A DNA stretch of 64,000 bases, taken from assembly GCA_021791275.1 (NCBI GenBank), contig JAJYWX010000007.1:4918-68917 (forward strand), in the 5' to 3' direction. The stretch is from a bacterium (lineage in GTDB: Bacteria; Patescibacteriota; Dojkabacteria; JAKAPS01; JAJZLI01). Position numbers and translations under genes: made by a program. The stretch's first letter is position 1. Every line of letters begins with the position of its first letter. Below are positions 30,329 to 41,263 of the stretch, in pieces. Under the pieces are notes generated by a model that ran no database searches, was not told where the DNA came from, and saw only the letters and a list, made by a program, of their open reading frames with translations.

Positions 30329-30736
30329 ATGGATAATAATAAAAACATATTAATAGTTGAAGATGATTTATTTTTACTTGATTTGTACACCCAGTTCTTT
30401 ACACAGAGAGGGTACCATGTGACTTCTGCAAGTGACGGAGAAGAAGGATCAAAAAAGGCATTTGAAGGGAAATTTGACTTTATAATACTTGATATCATGC
30501 TTCCTAAAAAATCTGGGATTGAAGTATTAAAAGATATTAAAGCCCAAGATAGTAGTATAAAATCTGTGCCAGTTTTTATGCTAACATCTGTTGGGTATGA
30601 TGAGATAATAAAAAATGCATTTCAAATTGGTGCAAATGGGTATTTTCTTAAATCAATGATTTTGCCAAAACAAATAATAGATGAGGTGGAATCTTTTATG
30701 GAAAATGAAAATAAGAATCAAAATGTCAATCAATAA
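30329..30736 (+). CDS. Single-domain response regulator
   Basis: VEDD, LDIMLP, MLT, K. Confidence 0.92.
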   Translation: MDNNKNILIVEDDLFLLDLYTQFFTQRGYHVTSASDGEEGSKKAFEGKFDFIILDIMLPKKSGIEVLKDIKAQDSSIKSVPVFMLTSVGYDEIIKNAFQIGANGYFLKSMILPKQIIDEVESFMENENKNQNVNQ

Positions 30737-30774
30737 TTGTATTAATTAAGATTTTTTAGTATACTCTAAAACCT

Positions 30775-31017
30775 ATGGCAAACTTAAAATCATCTAAAAA
30801 AGATATAAGAAGGACAAAAAGAAGAACATTTTTAAATAATGGATATAGAATTGATTTTGATATCAAAAAAAAGGATTTTTTGAAAAATCCAGATTCAAAA
30901 AAAATTCCTAAATTATTTTCTCTTTTAGACAAAATGTCTAAAAAAAATATCTTCCATAAGAATAAAGCAGCAAGGTTAAAAAGTAAATTTGTAAAAATGA
31001 CTCTTAAGGCAAAATAA
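30775..31017 (+). CDS. rpsT: 30S ribosomal protein S20
   Basis: MANLKSSKK...HKNKAARLKS. Confidence 0.92.
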   Translation: MANLKSSKKDIRRTKRRTFLNNGYRIDFDIKKKDFLKNPDSKKIPKLFSLLDKMSKKNIFHKNKAARLKSKFVKMTLKAK

Positions 31018-31023
31018 TTTTCA

Positions 31024-32805
31024 ATGGATAAGATAAGGAATTTCTCCATAATTGCTCATGTTGATCATGGAAAGTCTACTCTTTCAGATAAATTGATAGA
31101 ATATACTAAAACAGTAGAAAAAAGGGATTTAAAAGAACAATTTCTAGATAATATGGATCTTGAAAGAGAGAGGGGTATAACCATTAAGCTCCAAACTATT
31201 AGAATGGAGTATGAAGGATATACTCTTAATCTTATAGATACCCCTGGTCATGTAGATTTTTCAGGTGAGGTAGATAGATCCCTAATGGCATCGGAAGGTG
31301 CGATACTTCTTGTTGATGTTATGGGTGGAATTGAATCTCAGACATTAGGTAATTATCTTAAGGCTGTAGATTTATCTATTCCTGTAATTCCAGTTCTCAA
31401 TAAGGTTGATATAGAAGGGGCAGATATAGAAAAAAGTGTTAAGGAAATATCAGAAGTCTTAGGATTTAAAGAAGATGAGATTATTCTTGCCTCTGGTAAA
31501 TCTGGAGAAGGAATTGAAAAGATATTAGATGCAATTATTGAAAAGATACCTTCACCCTCTGGTAATAAGGATTCAGATTTCAGAGGATTTATATTTGATT
31601 CTTTTTTTGATGATTATAGAGGTGTTGTACTTTTAGTTAAGATAGTGGATGGTAAGTTAAAAATATCAGATAAAATATTTTTTTACTCTAATAAAGTAGA
31701 GTTAAGCGTTTTGGATGTAGGATATATAAAAAATGGTTTTATCTCATCTAAAGAAGTTTCTGCTGGAGAAGTAGTATTTATATCTACTGGTCTTAAAAGT
31801 ATTAAAGATGTAGTTATAAAGGATACTCTAATATCAAATATTTCTTCAAAGCCTATTTATGATTTAAAAGATCAAAAGAGTATGGTATTTGCATCTTTAT
31901 ATCCAACTGATTCATCTGAAGTATCTAAATTTAGAGAGGCTATTGAAAAATTATCGATAAATGATGCTTCATTTAATTATATACCAATAAGCAGTCCTGT
32001 TTTGGGTTTTGGATATAGGTGTGGATTTTTAGGTCTTTTACATATGGATATAGTAAAGGAGAGGCTTTCAAGAGAGTACAATATTGATATTTTTGTATCA
32101 TTTCCATCTGTAGAGTATAAGGTGAATCTTAATACAGGAGAAGACATCTTTATCTCTCAGGCGTTAGAGTATCCTGATTTATCCCAAATAAAATCAGTAG
32201 AAGAGCCATATGTAAGATTAGATATAATTTGCCAGAAAGATATATTTGGTAAAGTTATAGATTTTGTAACGGCAAAAAGAGGTGAATTTATAAATTCAGA
32301 ATTTTATAACTCATCTGTAAATGTTGAAAGGGTGATACTGAATTTTGATATACCACTCTCTTCTGTTATTTATAATTTTTTTGATGACCTAAAATCAATT
32401 ACCTCTGGTAGTGCATCTATGGATTATTATTTCATAGATTATAGAAAATCAGATATTAAAAGATTAGATTTTTTGATAAACCATGAAGTTATAGAGCCTT
32501 TATCTTTACTTTTGCATTCTTCAATAATAGAAAAAGAAGCAAGAGATTATGTTGAAAAAATGAAAGAAATAATACCAAGAAAAAATTTTTCTATAGCAAT
32601 ACAGGCTTACTGTGATGGAAAAATTATTGCAAGAGAAGATGTTAAACCTTTTAGAAAAGATGTAACTCAAAAACTTTATGGAGGGGATCCTAGAAGAAGA
32701 ATGAAGCTTTTGGAAAAGCAGAAAAAAGGTAAGAAAAGATCACTTATGTTTGGAGCAGTAGAGATTCCATCAGATCTTTTTATTAAATTATATTCCCGTG
32801 TATAA
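31024..32805 (+). CDS. lepA: Elongation factor 4 (LepA)
   Basis: IRNFSIIAHVDHGKST, GFLGLLHM, KLYGGD..KLLEKQKKGK. Confidence 0.97.
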   Translation: MDKIRNFSIIAHVDHGKSTLSDKLIEYTKTVEKRDLKEQFLDNMDLERERGITIKLQTIRMEYEGYTLNLIDTPGHVDFSGEVDRSLMASEGAILLVDVMGGIESQTLGNYLKAVDLSIPVIPVLNKVDIEGADIEKSVKEISEVLGFKEDEIILASGKSGEGIEKILDAIIEKIPSPSGNKDSDFRGFIFDSFFDDYRGVVLLVKIVDGKLKISDKIFFYSNKVELSVLDVGYIKNGFISSKEVSAGEVVFISTGLKSIKDVVIKDTLISNISSKPIYDLKDQKSMVFASLYPTDSSEVSKFREAIEKLSINDASFNYIPISSPVLGFGYRCGFLGLLHMDIVKERLSREYNIDIFVSFPSVEYKVNLNTGEDIFISQALEYPDLSQIKSVEEPYVRLDIICQKDIFGKVIDFVTAKRGEFINSEFYNSSVNVERVILNFDIPLSSVIYNFFDDLKSITSGSASMDYYFIDYRKSDIKRLDFLINHEVIEPLSLLLHSSIIEKEARDYVEKMKEIIPRKNFSIAIQAYCDGKIIAREDVKPFRKDVTQKLYGGDPRRRMKLLEKQKKGKKRSLMFGAVEIPSDLFIKLYSRV

Positions 32806-34003
32806 GGTCTATAAAACCCTGAAGATTTATATTTGAATCTCTTAACCTATATAGTATAAATGGATTTTGCAAGTTCTGATTAATGATAATTTTTCTATCA
32901 TCTAAAACTCCTCCAACATATCCAAAATATTTTAACCTTTGAATAAGTATATTTTCTTTCGCAATATTGTTGTTTCTAAAGGGAGATCCTGATGGATATG
33001 CTATGAATTGGACTGAGTTTTGAAGCTTTTTTTGTAAAGTTTGTTTTGATATCTGAATTTGGTAATTGATAAGATTAACCGGAAGTGTACCTAGTGCAAG
33101 ATGTGTCACTGTATGAGATTCTATCTCCATACCATTTTCATAAAGTATTTTGATTTGTTTCCATGTCATATATTTATGACTCTTAGATATTTTAGAACCA
33201 ACGAATCCAGTAATTATATTGAAATCTGCTACATCGTGGAATTTTTTGAGTATTGGAAATGCATATAAAAATTGGCTCTCCCTACCATCGTCAAATGTTA
33301 TAATTATTGGTTTCTTAGGGAGTGGAAATCCATAATAATAATATGTATAAAGTCTATTAAGTGTTATTGGTGTGTAGTCGTGTGTTTTTAAATATTCAAG
33401 CTCTTGTTCAAGTACACTTGTTGTTAATGTTAAAGAATAGTCTAGTTTGTACCCATATTCTGAGGAATAATTGGATCTTGGTGGATATGATGGTGCTACT
33501 CTATGTAACATTAATATAGGTAGATTCATTTTTTGAGGTGGATAATTTTTGTAATAAATTATAATAGGTGTATTTATAGAAAATATCCCTACACTTTCCA
33601 ATTTATCATTTTTATTTAATTTAAAAACAAATCTGTGAGAAGAAAAGTATTGAGGAATTCTCTCTTCTTTATTTTGAATGAATTTAAATTGTACATAAAT
33701 GTTGTTTTGAGATGTAAGAGCCAAATTTGAAATTTCTATTTTTAAATTTCCATATTTATTTTTTACAAATGTTTTAAAGGTTTGATAATTGATAAATTTT
33801 TTTCGCTCACTTTGTGATAGATTATCCCAGAATAATTTGTAATTGTGGTATTTTATAATATAGTTGATATCTTTTTCTGCGTATTTTTCACTCTGATTTT
33901 CTTGTAATAATTTGAAAACCATAGCAAAAGATAAAGATCCTAATATCAGTGTTGAAAACGCAATATTGAGCAGTCCTTTTTTTTGCCTCAATATATTTAT
34001 CAT
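32783..34003 (-). CDS. Membrane-anchored polysaccharide deacetylase (CE4)
   Basis: PILMLH, TFDDG, SHTVTH, AYPSG; ATG 34003 preferred. Confidence 0.88.
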   Translation of the reverse strand: MINILRQKKGLLNIAFSTLILGSLSFAMVFKLLQENQSEKYAEKDINYIIKYHNYKLFWDNLSQSERKKFINYQTFKTFVKNKYGNLKIEISNLALTSQNNIYVQFKFIQNKEERIPQYFSSHRFVFKLNKNDKLESVGIFSINTPIIIYYKNYPPQKMNLPILMLHRVAPSYPPRSNYSSEYGYKLDYSLTLTTSVLEQELEYLKTHDYTPITLNRLYTYYYYGFPLPKKPIIITFDDGRESQFLYAFPILKKFHDVADFNIITGFVGSKISKSHKYMTWKQIKILYENGMEIESHTVTHLALGTLPVNLINYQIQISKQTLQKKLQNSVQFIAYPSGSPFRNNNIAKENILIQRLKYFGYVGGVLDDRKIIINQNLQNPFILYRLRDSNINLQGFIDLIHGNII

Positions 34004-34036
34004 ACCTTTTATATTATAATACAAAGTATAAAATAT

Positions 34037-34957
34037 ATGGATACAATAAAAAATTATTTTCTGGCATTAAGGCCAAAACAATGGGTCAAAAATTTACTGG
34101 TGTATGGGTTTTTATTTTTTAATAGAGATTTATATAATTTACACGATTTTTTAATAACAACTTATACTTTCATAATCTTTATATTTGTATCATCTTCTAT
34201 ATATCTTATAAATGATATTGTTGATTATAAAAGAGATAAGCTTCATCCAATAAAGAAATCAAGACCAATAGCTGCAGGTAAAATAGAAAGGACTCCTGCT
34301 CTAATTTTTTCAATAATATTGTTTTTGATAGGGTTTATATGGGCAGCATATTTAAGTGAATATTTGGCATTAATTTATATTATATATTATGTTTTATTTG
34401 TTGTTTATTCAATATATCTTAAGAATATACTCATAATCGATTCACTTACTACAGCATCTGGGTTTGTTCTTCGTGTTCTTGCAGGAGGGGTTGTTATAGC
34501 TTCATTTATTAATTCGTGGTTTGTAATATTTATAATTTGTGCATCTTTGTTTATAGCTTTTGGTAAAAGGAGGGCAGAAATAACAATGATGAGTTTTAAG
34601 AATGCAGTAATTCACAGAGGAGTACTTCTAAAATATCCAAAAGAATTTTTAGACAACTTAATATCTATGAGTGCAGCTGTGACATTTTTATCATATATAC
34701 TTTTTTCATATAACGAAGATATAAATTCAAAGACTCCGACAGTATTATCTTCTGTACTCCCATCTCATTTAAAAAATCCACATTGGGTAAAATTAACTAT
34801 TCCGATAGCATTTTATATTCTTGCAAGATATATGTATAATATATATGTAAAAAAGACGGCTGATACTCCAGAAACCATTTGGATAAAAGATAAATCTCTT
34901 TTAGCATCAATCCTTGTTTATATTCTCGTCAGTTTTATAGTTTTATATGTAGTTTAA
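34037..34957 (+). CDS. UbiA-family decaprenyl-phosphate phosphoribosyltransferase-like protein
   Basis: RPKQWVKN, YLINDIVD..D..HP.K..RPIAAG, FGKRRAE. Confidence 0.88.
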   Translation: MDTIKNYFLALRPKQWVKNLLVYGFLFFNRDLYNLHDFLITTYTFIIFIFVSSSIYLINDIVDYKRDKLHPIKKSRPIAAGKIERTPALIFSIILFLIGFIWAAYLSEYLALIYIIYYVLFVVYSIYLKNILIIDSLTTASGFVLRVLAGGVVIASFINSWFVIFIICASLFIAFGKRRAEITMMSFKNAVIHRGVLLKYPKEFLDNLISMSAAVTFLSYILFSYNEDINSKTPTVLSSVLPSHLKNPHWVKLTIPIAFYILARYMYNIYVKKTADTPETIWIKDKSLLASILVYILVSFIVLYVV

Positions 34958-34963
34958 TTTTTT

Positions 34964-36823
34964 ATGTTAGATGATTTGAATGATAAACAGAAAGAGGCTG
35001 TATTGGAAAGTATTGATGTGCCTTTATTAATAATAGCTGGTGCAGGGTCTGGAAAGACTAAAACATTAACATATAGAATTATATACCTTATAAAAGAGCT
35101 TAAAATTTCTCCTTTTTCCATATTTGCAGTAACATTTACTAACAAGGCGGCTAATGAAATCAAAGACAGGATAAATATACTTTTAGAAGATAAGATAAAT
35201 TTTCCTTATATGGGTACATTTCATTCAGTTTTTTTATATATTTTAAGAACAGAAGGTTATAAATATGGAATTCCTAAATATTTTAGTATCTTTGATGATG
35301 AAGATCAGAAGAAATTAGTTTCAGATATATTAAAAAGTCAAAATTTATCTTCAAATATAACTCCACAATCGATTTTATCTGGTATATCCAGAGCAAAAAA
35401 TAACTTTATAAAACCAAATAACTACTCACCTGAAAATTTTTATGAGGAGAATGTTTTTAAAGTATATAGTGTTTACGAGAAAAGGTTACAAGAGAATAGT
35501 GCAATGGATTTTGATGATATATTAGTAAAAAGTTTTGAAATAATATCTCAAAATGAAGATCTCTCATCTTATTTAAAATCAAAACTTAAATATATATTAG
35601 TTGATGAATATCAAGATACAAATAGGATACAGTATGAACTTTTAAGGTTAATATCTAAGAATAATGTTTTTTTTGTTGGTGATCCAGATCAAAATATATA
35701 TTCTTGGAGAGGTACAGATATAAGAAATATCCTAAATTTTACTATTGATTATCCCGAAGGAAAAATAATAAAGCTTGAGCAAAATTATAGATCTACTAAG
35801 TTTATATTAAAAGCTTCAGATTCTGTTATATCTCGTAATAGTCTAAGGTATGAAAAAAATCTTTGGACAGAGAATGATATGGGATCTTTAATAAAAATAT
35901 ATCAAGCATATGACGAAGAAGATGAGGCAAGGTATATTTCTCAAAAGATAATAGATTTGGATGAATATACAGACACTGCAGTTTTATATAGAACTAATGC
36001 ACAATCAAGAGCCATTGAAGAGTCATTTCTAAGACATAAGATTCCATATAAGGTTTATGGGGGAATGAAATTCTATCAGAGAAAAGAGATTAAAGATATA
36101 ATTGCATATTTGAGATTTGCACAAAATATTGAAGATACAATTTCTCTTAAAAGAATAATAAATGTACCATCAAGAAAAATAGGTAAGAGTACCTTAGAAA
36201 AAATTGAAAAAGAAGCTTTGAGAAATTCTTTATCTTTAGGCTCTTTTATAATGCTAAACGAAACTGGTATGAATCAAAATGTTAAAAATTTTGTAATGAC
36301 AATAGAAGATTTAAAAAATAACAAAGATAAGATGAATGTATCAGATTTTTTAAAGTATCTAATAAAAAAAATAAAATACATTGACTATCTTAGTTTAGAT
36401 GGGGATGTTGGAATGAGCAGGATTGAAAATGTAGAAGAGTTTGTTGGAGTATCTTCTAAATATACATCTTTAGAAGAGTTTTTATTTGATATATCATTAG
36501 TTCAAAAAGAGGAGATCGATACAGATTTATCAGGGGAGTATGTTACATTAATGAGTTTACACTCTGCGAAAGGATTGGAATTCAAAAATATATTTATTGC
36601 TGGAATGGAGGAGAATATTTTTCCTCATTCAAGGTCCTTTGAGAGTATGGAGGAGCTAGAAGAAGAAAGAAGGCTTTGTTATGTTGGAATGACTAGAGCT
36701 AAAGAAAATTTATTTTTAACTTTTGCTCAGAAAAGGTCTTTGTATGGATACCCTCAAAATAATCCACCCTCAAGGTTTCTTTCTGATATTTCTGAAGATT
36801 GTATAGATTTTGAATATATTTAA
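34964..36823 (+). CDS. pcrA: UvrD/PcrA helicase
   Basis: AGAGSGKT, DEYQD, GDPDQ, QNYRS, HSAKGLEF, EERRLCYVGMTRA. Confidence 0.95.
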   Translation: MLDDLNDKQKEAVLESIDVPLLIIAGAGSGKTKTLTYRIIYLIKELKISPFSIFAVTFTNKAANEIKDRINILLEDKINFPYMGTFHSVFLYILRTEGYKYGIPKYFSIFDDEDQKKLVSDILKSQNLSSNITPQSILSGISRAKNNFIKPNNYSPENFYEENVFKVYSVYEKRLQENSAMDFDDILVKSFEIISQNEDLSSYLKSKLKYILVDEYQDTNRIQYELLRLISKNNVFFVGDPDQNIYSWRGTDIRNILNFTIDYPEGKIIKLEQNYRSTKFILKASDSVISRNSLRYEKNLWTENDMGSLIKIYQAYDEEDEARYISQKIIDLDEYTDTAVLYRTNAQSRAIEESFLRHKIPYKVYGGMKFYQRKEIKDIIAYLRFAQNIEDTISLKRIINVPSRKIGKSTLEKIEKEALRNSLSLGSFIMLNETGMNQNVKNFVMTIEDLKNNKDKMNVSDFLKYLIKKIKYIDYLSLDGDVGMSRIENVEEFVGVSSKYTSLEEFLFDISLVQKEEIDTDLSGEYVTLMSLHSAKGLEFKNIFIAGMEENIFPHSRSFESMEELEEERRLCYVGMTRAKENLFLTFAQKRSLYGYPQNNPPSRFLSDISEDCIDFEYI

Positions 36824-36826
36824 AAA

Positions 36827-37234
36827 TTATTTGATAGGGGTATTAACTGCCTTGTATGAGTTAACATAGTTTTTAGTTATATTACCAAGAGAGTAGGGAT
36901 TATTATTAGTTTTTCCTATGCTAAAAAGTCCTGCTAGTGAATAGACTATCAATATTATTTCTATAATATTTAGTGCAATACAAATAAATCCATTTAAATA
37001 ATCTTCATCATCTGTAATTTTTTTTATTCCTATTACAAATCCATATATTGGAAGAAAAAAACTTTTTAAATAATCATAAAATAAATTTAATTTTTCCAGT
37101 CCATGTCCTTTATTACTATTTTCAGCTTCCATAGCTTCAAATAGCTCTCTTGTAAGTTTAGCCTTTTGTTCTGGTGAAAGATTGGAGTCCTTGATAGCTC
37201 CTATTCCAGAATTTTTAACATCTTCTTCCATCAC
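36827..37234 (-). CDS. Hypothetical membrane protein
   Basis: 2 TM; overlaps the guaB stop. Confidence 0.55.
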   Translation of the reverse strand: MMEEDVKNSGIGAIKDSNLSPEQKAKLTRELFEAMEAENSNKGHGLEKLNLFYDYLKSFFLPIYGFVIGIKKITDDEDYLNGFICIALNIIEIILIVYSLAGLFSIGKTNNNPYSLGNITKNYVNSYKAVNTPIK

Positions 37235-38325
37235 AATTTATTTATATCATGGAAATTACTTTCTGTTAAGCCTGCATTTGTAATCTTTATAAAATGAGCA
37301 TTTTTCCTTAAAGACTCTATATCTTTTGAATTAGTATAACTTAAACCTGACCTTATTCCTCCACAAAGATTTGTTAATATATCTTTTATACTTCCCTCAA
37401 TTTTTACCAATCCTTCAACTCCTTCTGGTGATATTTTATCCGAATCGTTCCTTTTATCAATTTTAAATCTTTTTTTCATCTCATATAAAGATGCCTCTCC
37501 TCTATAATATTTATATTTTTCTTTATTTATTGTTAATATTTCACCTGGAGCTTCTATACTTCTTGCAAATATGTTTCCAATCATTACAGATGATGCGCCT
37601 AATGCCAAGGCTTTGGTTATATCCCCTGAATATCTCACTCCTCCGTCTGCTATTATTGGTATTCCAGATTTTTTAAGAACAGAATATACCTTATTTATTG
37701 CACTTGCCTGAGGAACTCCTACCCCTGTAACTATTCTTGTAGTACATATTGATCCTGGTCCTATTCCAACTTTAACTGCATCCACATCTAATTCCAAAAA
37801 ATCTTGAGCTGCTTTCTCAGTTGCCATGTTTCCAACAATAAGTTCAATATCATTTTTGTAAGTTTTTTTAATATTTTTTACAACATTTATAACTGATTCG
37901 GAGTGAGCGTGAGCTACATCTACTATTATGAAATTAGCTCCTGAGAGTAAAAGTTTTTCTATATTTGGTATAGGGTTCTCCCTTATACCCACAGATGCAC
38001 CAACTAGAAGTCTCCCATTACTATCTTTAGAAGCTTTAGGGTGTTGGATATTGTCAAATTGAAAATTTTTTACTTTTTTTAACTCTTCTATTTGCTCTTC
38101 AATAGTTGAAACTCTGTGTAGTGCGCCAACGGCTCCGTAAAGAGCCATATTTATAGCAACTTCCGAGTTTGTTACGGAATCCATATTAGCACTTATTATT
38201 GGACACTCTATTCTTATATTCTTTGTAAGATTTGTGGATATATTTGTATCGCTTCTTGATTTAATTTTAGATCTTAAAGGTAAGAGAAGTAAATCATCAT
38301 AGGTTAATGCTTCTTCAATTATCAT
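37231..38325 (-). CDS. guaB: IMP dehydrogenase / GMP reductase family, no CBS domains
   Basis: [32 protein letters not shown]; guaB vs guaC not resolved. Confidence 0.8.
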   Translation of the reverse strand: MIIEEALTYDDLLLLPLRSKIKSRSDTNISTNLTKNIRIECPIISANMDSVTNSEVAINMALYGAVGALHRVSTIEEQIEELKKVKNFQFDNIQHPKASKDSNGRLLVGASVGIRENPIPNIEKLLLSGANFIIVDVAHAHSESVINVVKNIKKTYKNDIELIVGNMATEKAAQDFLELDVDAVKVGIGPGSICTTRIVTGVGVPQASAINKVYSVLKKSGIPIIADGGVRYSGDITKALALGASSVMIGNIFARSIEAPGEILTINKEKYKYYRGEASLYEMKKRFKIDKRNDSDKISPEGVEGLVKIEGSIKDILTNLCGGIRSGLSYTNSKDIESLRKNAHFIKITNAGLTESNFHDINKL

Positions 38326-38397
38326 AATTGATTTTTTAAAAAATAAACCAATAGGTATTATATACTATTTGAAATTAAAAAGTATAGAGGATTTTTT

Positions 38398-38422
38398 ATA
38401 TGATACTTTTATGGTATCATAT
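38398..38422. promoter_or_regulatory. Rrf2-type operator 1 ATATGATACTTTTATGGTATCATAT
   Basis: Perfect 10-bp inverted repeat 38397-38423 just before the nfu ATG; matches 41239-41263. Confidence 0.75.
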
Positions 38423-38429
38423 AGATTAT

Positions 38430-38651
38430 ATGAAGAGTAAAGTAAAAAATTTATTAAATGAAATTAGACCTTTTATCCTACAACATGGGGGAGATGTGGA
38501 GCTTTTGGATGTAAAGGATAATGTTGTGAGTGTAAAAATGATGGGGGCATGTGTTGGGTGTTCTCTCTCCTCTGTTACTCTTAAAGACGGAATAGAGCAG
38601 ATCATAAAGGACGAGTTTCCAGAGATTGTATCAGTGGAGGCAGTCGAGTAA
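38430..38651 (+). CDS. NifU/Nfu-type Fe-S carrier
   Basis: IRPFI..HGGDVEL, GACVGC. Confidence 0.9.
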   Translation: MKSKVKNLLNEIRPFILQHGGDVELLDVKDNVVSVKMMGACVGCSLSSVTLKDGIEQIIKDEFPEIVSVEAVE

Positions 38652-38894
38652 ATGTTAGTAAAAACCAAGGATAACAAAAAGATATATGTAGAAGTGGATA
38701 GAGATCTTTGTATAGGAGCTTCAAGTTGTGTTGCTATAGCTCCTGATACATTTGGTATAGACTCTGAATCAAAAGCCTATGTTATATCTGAGAATAATGT
38801 AGATGATTATGAAACTATTTTAGAAGCTGCAAAGAGCTGTCCTGTTTCTGCAATTCTTCTTAAGGATGAAAAAGGTAATCAAATTTGGCCATGA
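38652..38894 (+). CDS. Ferredoxin, probably [3Fe-4S]
   Basis: CIGASSC...CPVSAI (second Cys replaced by Ala). Confidence 0.88.
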   Translation: MLVKTKDNKKIYVEVDRDLCIGASSCVAIAPDTFGIDSESKAYVISENNVDDYETILEAAKSCPVSAILLKDEKGNQIWP

Positions 38895-40282
38895 AGAAGA
38901 ACGATTCAAACTATAAATATGGCTTTAAAACCAAGAATAAATATGTTTTTAAATCTCAAAAAGGACTTTCAGAAAATGTTATAAAAGATATATCAAGACT
39001 TAAAAATGAACCTAAATGGATGAGAGATTTCAGGTTATATTCATATAATGTTTTTAAATCAAAACCAATTCCCAAGTGGGGGGCAGATTTATCGGATATA
39101 AATTTTGATGATTTTTATTACTTTTTAAGATCAACAGAGAAAAATTCTAAAAGTTGGGATGATGTGGATCAGGGAATAAAAGATACGTTTGATAAATTAG
39201 GCATTCCAGAAGCCGAAAGAAAATTTTTAGCAGGTGTAGAAGCTCAGTTTGAAAGCGAAGTAGTTTATCATAATTTGAGAAAAGAAATAGAAGATAAAGG
39301 TGTTATTTTTACAGATACTGATACTGCACTTAAAGAGTATCCCGAAATATTTCGGGAATATTTTTCTACAATAATCCCTCCGGAAGATAATAAATTTGCA
39401 GCTCTAAATTCTGCTGTTTGGTCAGGAGGAAGCTTTGTGTATGTTCCAAAAGGTGTGGATGTAGGAATCCCTCTCCAAGCATATTTTAGAATAAATGCAA
39501 AAGCCATGGGGCAATTTGAAAGAACATTAATAATTGTTGAAAAAGGATCTAAGGTTCACTATTTGGAGGGCTGTACAGCCCCTATATATGATGAGAATAG
39601 TCTTCACTCTGCGGTTGTAGAGATAATTTGTAAAGAAGATTCCAACGTAAGATATACTACGATTCAGAATTGGTCAAAGAATGTATATAATCTTGTTACA
39701 AAAAGGGCGGTCGCGTATAAAAATGCAAAAATGTATTGGGTAGATGGTAATTTTGGATCAAAAGTTACTATGAAATATCCCTCAGTTTATCTTTTAGAAG
39801 AGGGGGCACATGGGGAAGTGCTTTCAATGGCATCTGCATCTGAAGGACAACATATTGATGCAGGATCCAAGATAATACATGTATCTTCCAATACATCATC
39901 TAAAGTTATATCTAAATCAATATCTAGGAAGTCTGGAAGAACCAGTTATAGGGGGCTTCTTGATGCTAAAGAAGGGGTAGAGAATATAAAGTCTGATGTT
40001 AAATGTGACGCACTTCTAATGGATGAAAAATCTAGAACAGATACTTATCCGACTATAAACATTGATCATGTTAAAAAACCAAGGTTGCAACATGAAGCTA
40101 CTGTAAGCAAAATTGGAGAAGAACAAATGTTTTATTTACAATCAAGAGGGCTTTCAGAGGATGAAGCCTCATCAATGATTGTCTCTGGATTTTTAGAACC
40201 TATTGCAAAAGAGCTTCCTATGGAATATGCAATAGAGCTTAATAGATTAATTTCTTTAGAGATGACAAATTCAGTAGGATGA
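38891..40282 (+). CDS. sufB: Fe-S assembly protein SufB
   Basis: DNKFAALN, GQFERT, EGCTAP, LHSAVVE, HEATVSKI, YLQSRG. Confidence 0.97.
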   Translation: MKKNDSNYKYGFKTKNKYVFKSQKGLSENVIKDISRLKNEPKWMRDFRLYSYNVFKSKPIPKWGADLSDINFDDFYYFLRSTEKNSKSWDDVDQGIKDTFDKLGIPEAERKFLAGVEAQFESEVVYHNLRKEIEDKGVIFTDTDTALKEYPEIFREYFSTIIPPEDNKFAALNSAVWSGGSFVYVPKGVDVGIPLQAYFRINAKAMGQFERTLIIVEKGSKVHYLEGCTAPIYDENSLHSAVVEIICKEDSNVRYTTIQNWSKNVYNLVTKRAVAYKNAKMYWVDGNFGSKVTMKYPSVYLLEEGAHGEVLSMASASEGQHIDAGSKIIHVSSNTSSKVISKSISRKSGRTSYRGLLDAKEGVENIKSDVKCDALLMDEKSRTDTYPTINIDHVKKPRLQHEATVSKIGEEQMFYLQSRGLSEDEASSMIVSGFLEPIAKELPMEYAIELNRLISLEMTNSVG

Positions 40283-40896
40283 AGATAGTATATAAGAAAT
40301 CATCAGAAATATTAAAAAATGGGAATGAAAAATTCTTAATAGGAAAGAATGAGAGAGTAGAGTATATACTTTTTCTAGACTCTCAAGGGGATTATAAAAT
40401 AGATCTTTCTTTTATTCTTAAAGATGTTGGGGCTGAAGCGTATATATACATGATAGAGAAGGGGGTAGAAGATCAAAGCGCAGAAATAAATATATCAGTA
40501 ATTCATAAAAGTTCTTCTACTTTTGCAAGAACATTTGTAAGAAGAGTGATGTATGATGGAGGCAAGTCATATATTAATGGACTTATTAAGATTGATAAGG
40601 GATCTCAAAACTCAAATTCATATTTTGATGAAAGCACCCTTCTTTTAGGAGATAAGGTTATCTCAAAAGTTATACCATCTTTAGAAATAATACCCGATAA
40701 TGTAAAGGCTTCACATTCTTCTGCAACAACATATATACCAGAAGAAGAAGTCTTTTATCTTCAATCCAGAGGTATAGATAAAAATAAAAGTTATAACATG
40801 ATATCTTCGGGATTTCTAAAATCAAAAATTAATGAAATCACTGATAATAAGATAAAAGAAAAAGTTTTTTTAGATATTGATAATTTATTCGTATGA
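40279..40896 (+). CDS. sufD: SufD (short)
   Basis: PSLEI..DNVKASH, FYLQSRGI. Confidence 0.85.
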   Translation: MKIVYKKSSEILKNGNEKFLIGKNERVEYILFLDSQGDYKIDLSFILKDVGAEAYIYMIEKGVEDQSAEINISVIHKSSSTFARTFVRRVMYDGGKSYINGLIKIDKGSQNSNSYFDESTLLLGDKVISKVIPSLEIIPDNVKASHSSATTYIPEEEVFYLQSRGIDKNKSYNMISSGFLKSKINEITDNKIKEKVFLDIDNLFV

Positions 40897-41207
40897 GAGA
40901 GATATTGCTAGGTAATGAGAAAGATTTCAAAATACACAAAGGAAAAGTAGTGATTATTGGAGATGAAGAAATTTTAATTTATAGGTCTATAAACAAATTT
41001 TTTGCATTTAAAAATGAGTGTAGTCATGAAAAATTCTCACTAGATGATGGAATTGTGAATGAAGATAGAGAAAGCATAACATGTATTCATCATGGTGCAA
41101 AATTTGATATGTCTAGTGGAAGAGTACTATCTTTTCCTGCAACATCAGCAATAAAAGTATTTGATATTTTCGTTAAGGATAAAAAAGTTTATATAAAAAT
41201 TGACTAA
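40893..41207 (+). CDS. Rieske [2Fe-2S] ferredoxin
   Basis: CSH...CIHHGAKFD. Confidence 0.9.
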   Translation: MREILLGNEKDFKIHKGKVVIIGDEEILIYRSINKFFAFKNECSHEKFSLDDGIVNEDRESITCIHHGAKFDMSSGRVLSFPATSAIKVFDIFVKDKKVYIKID

Positions 41208-41238
41208 TATAGAATTTATCGATATACTTTATTTCTTA

Positions 41239-41263
41239 ATATGTTACTAATTTAGTATAATAT
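41239..41263. promoter_or_regulatory. Rrf2-type operator 2 ATATGTTACTAATTTAGTATAATAT
   Basis: 25-bp quasi-palindrome abutting the rrf2 ATG; resembles the IscR type-1 site layout. Confidence 0.75.
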
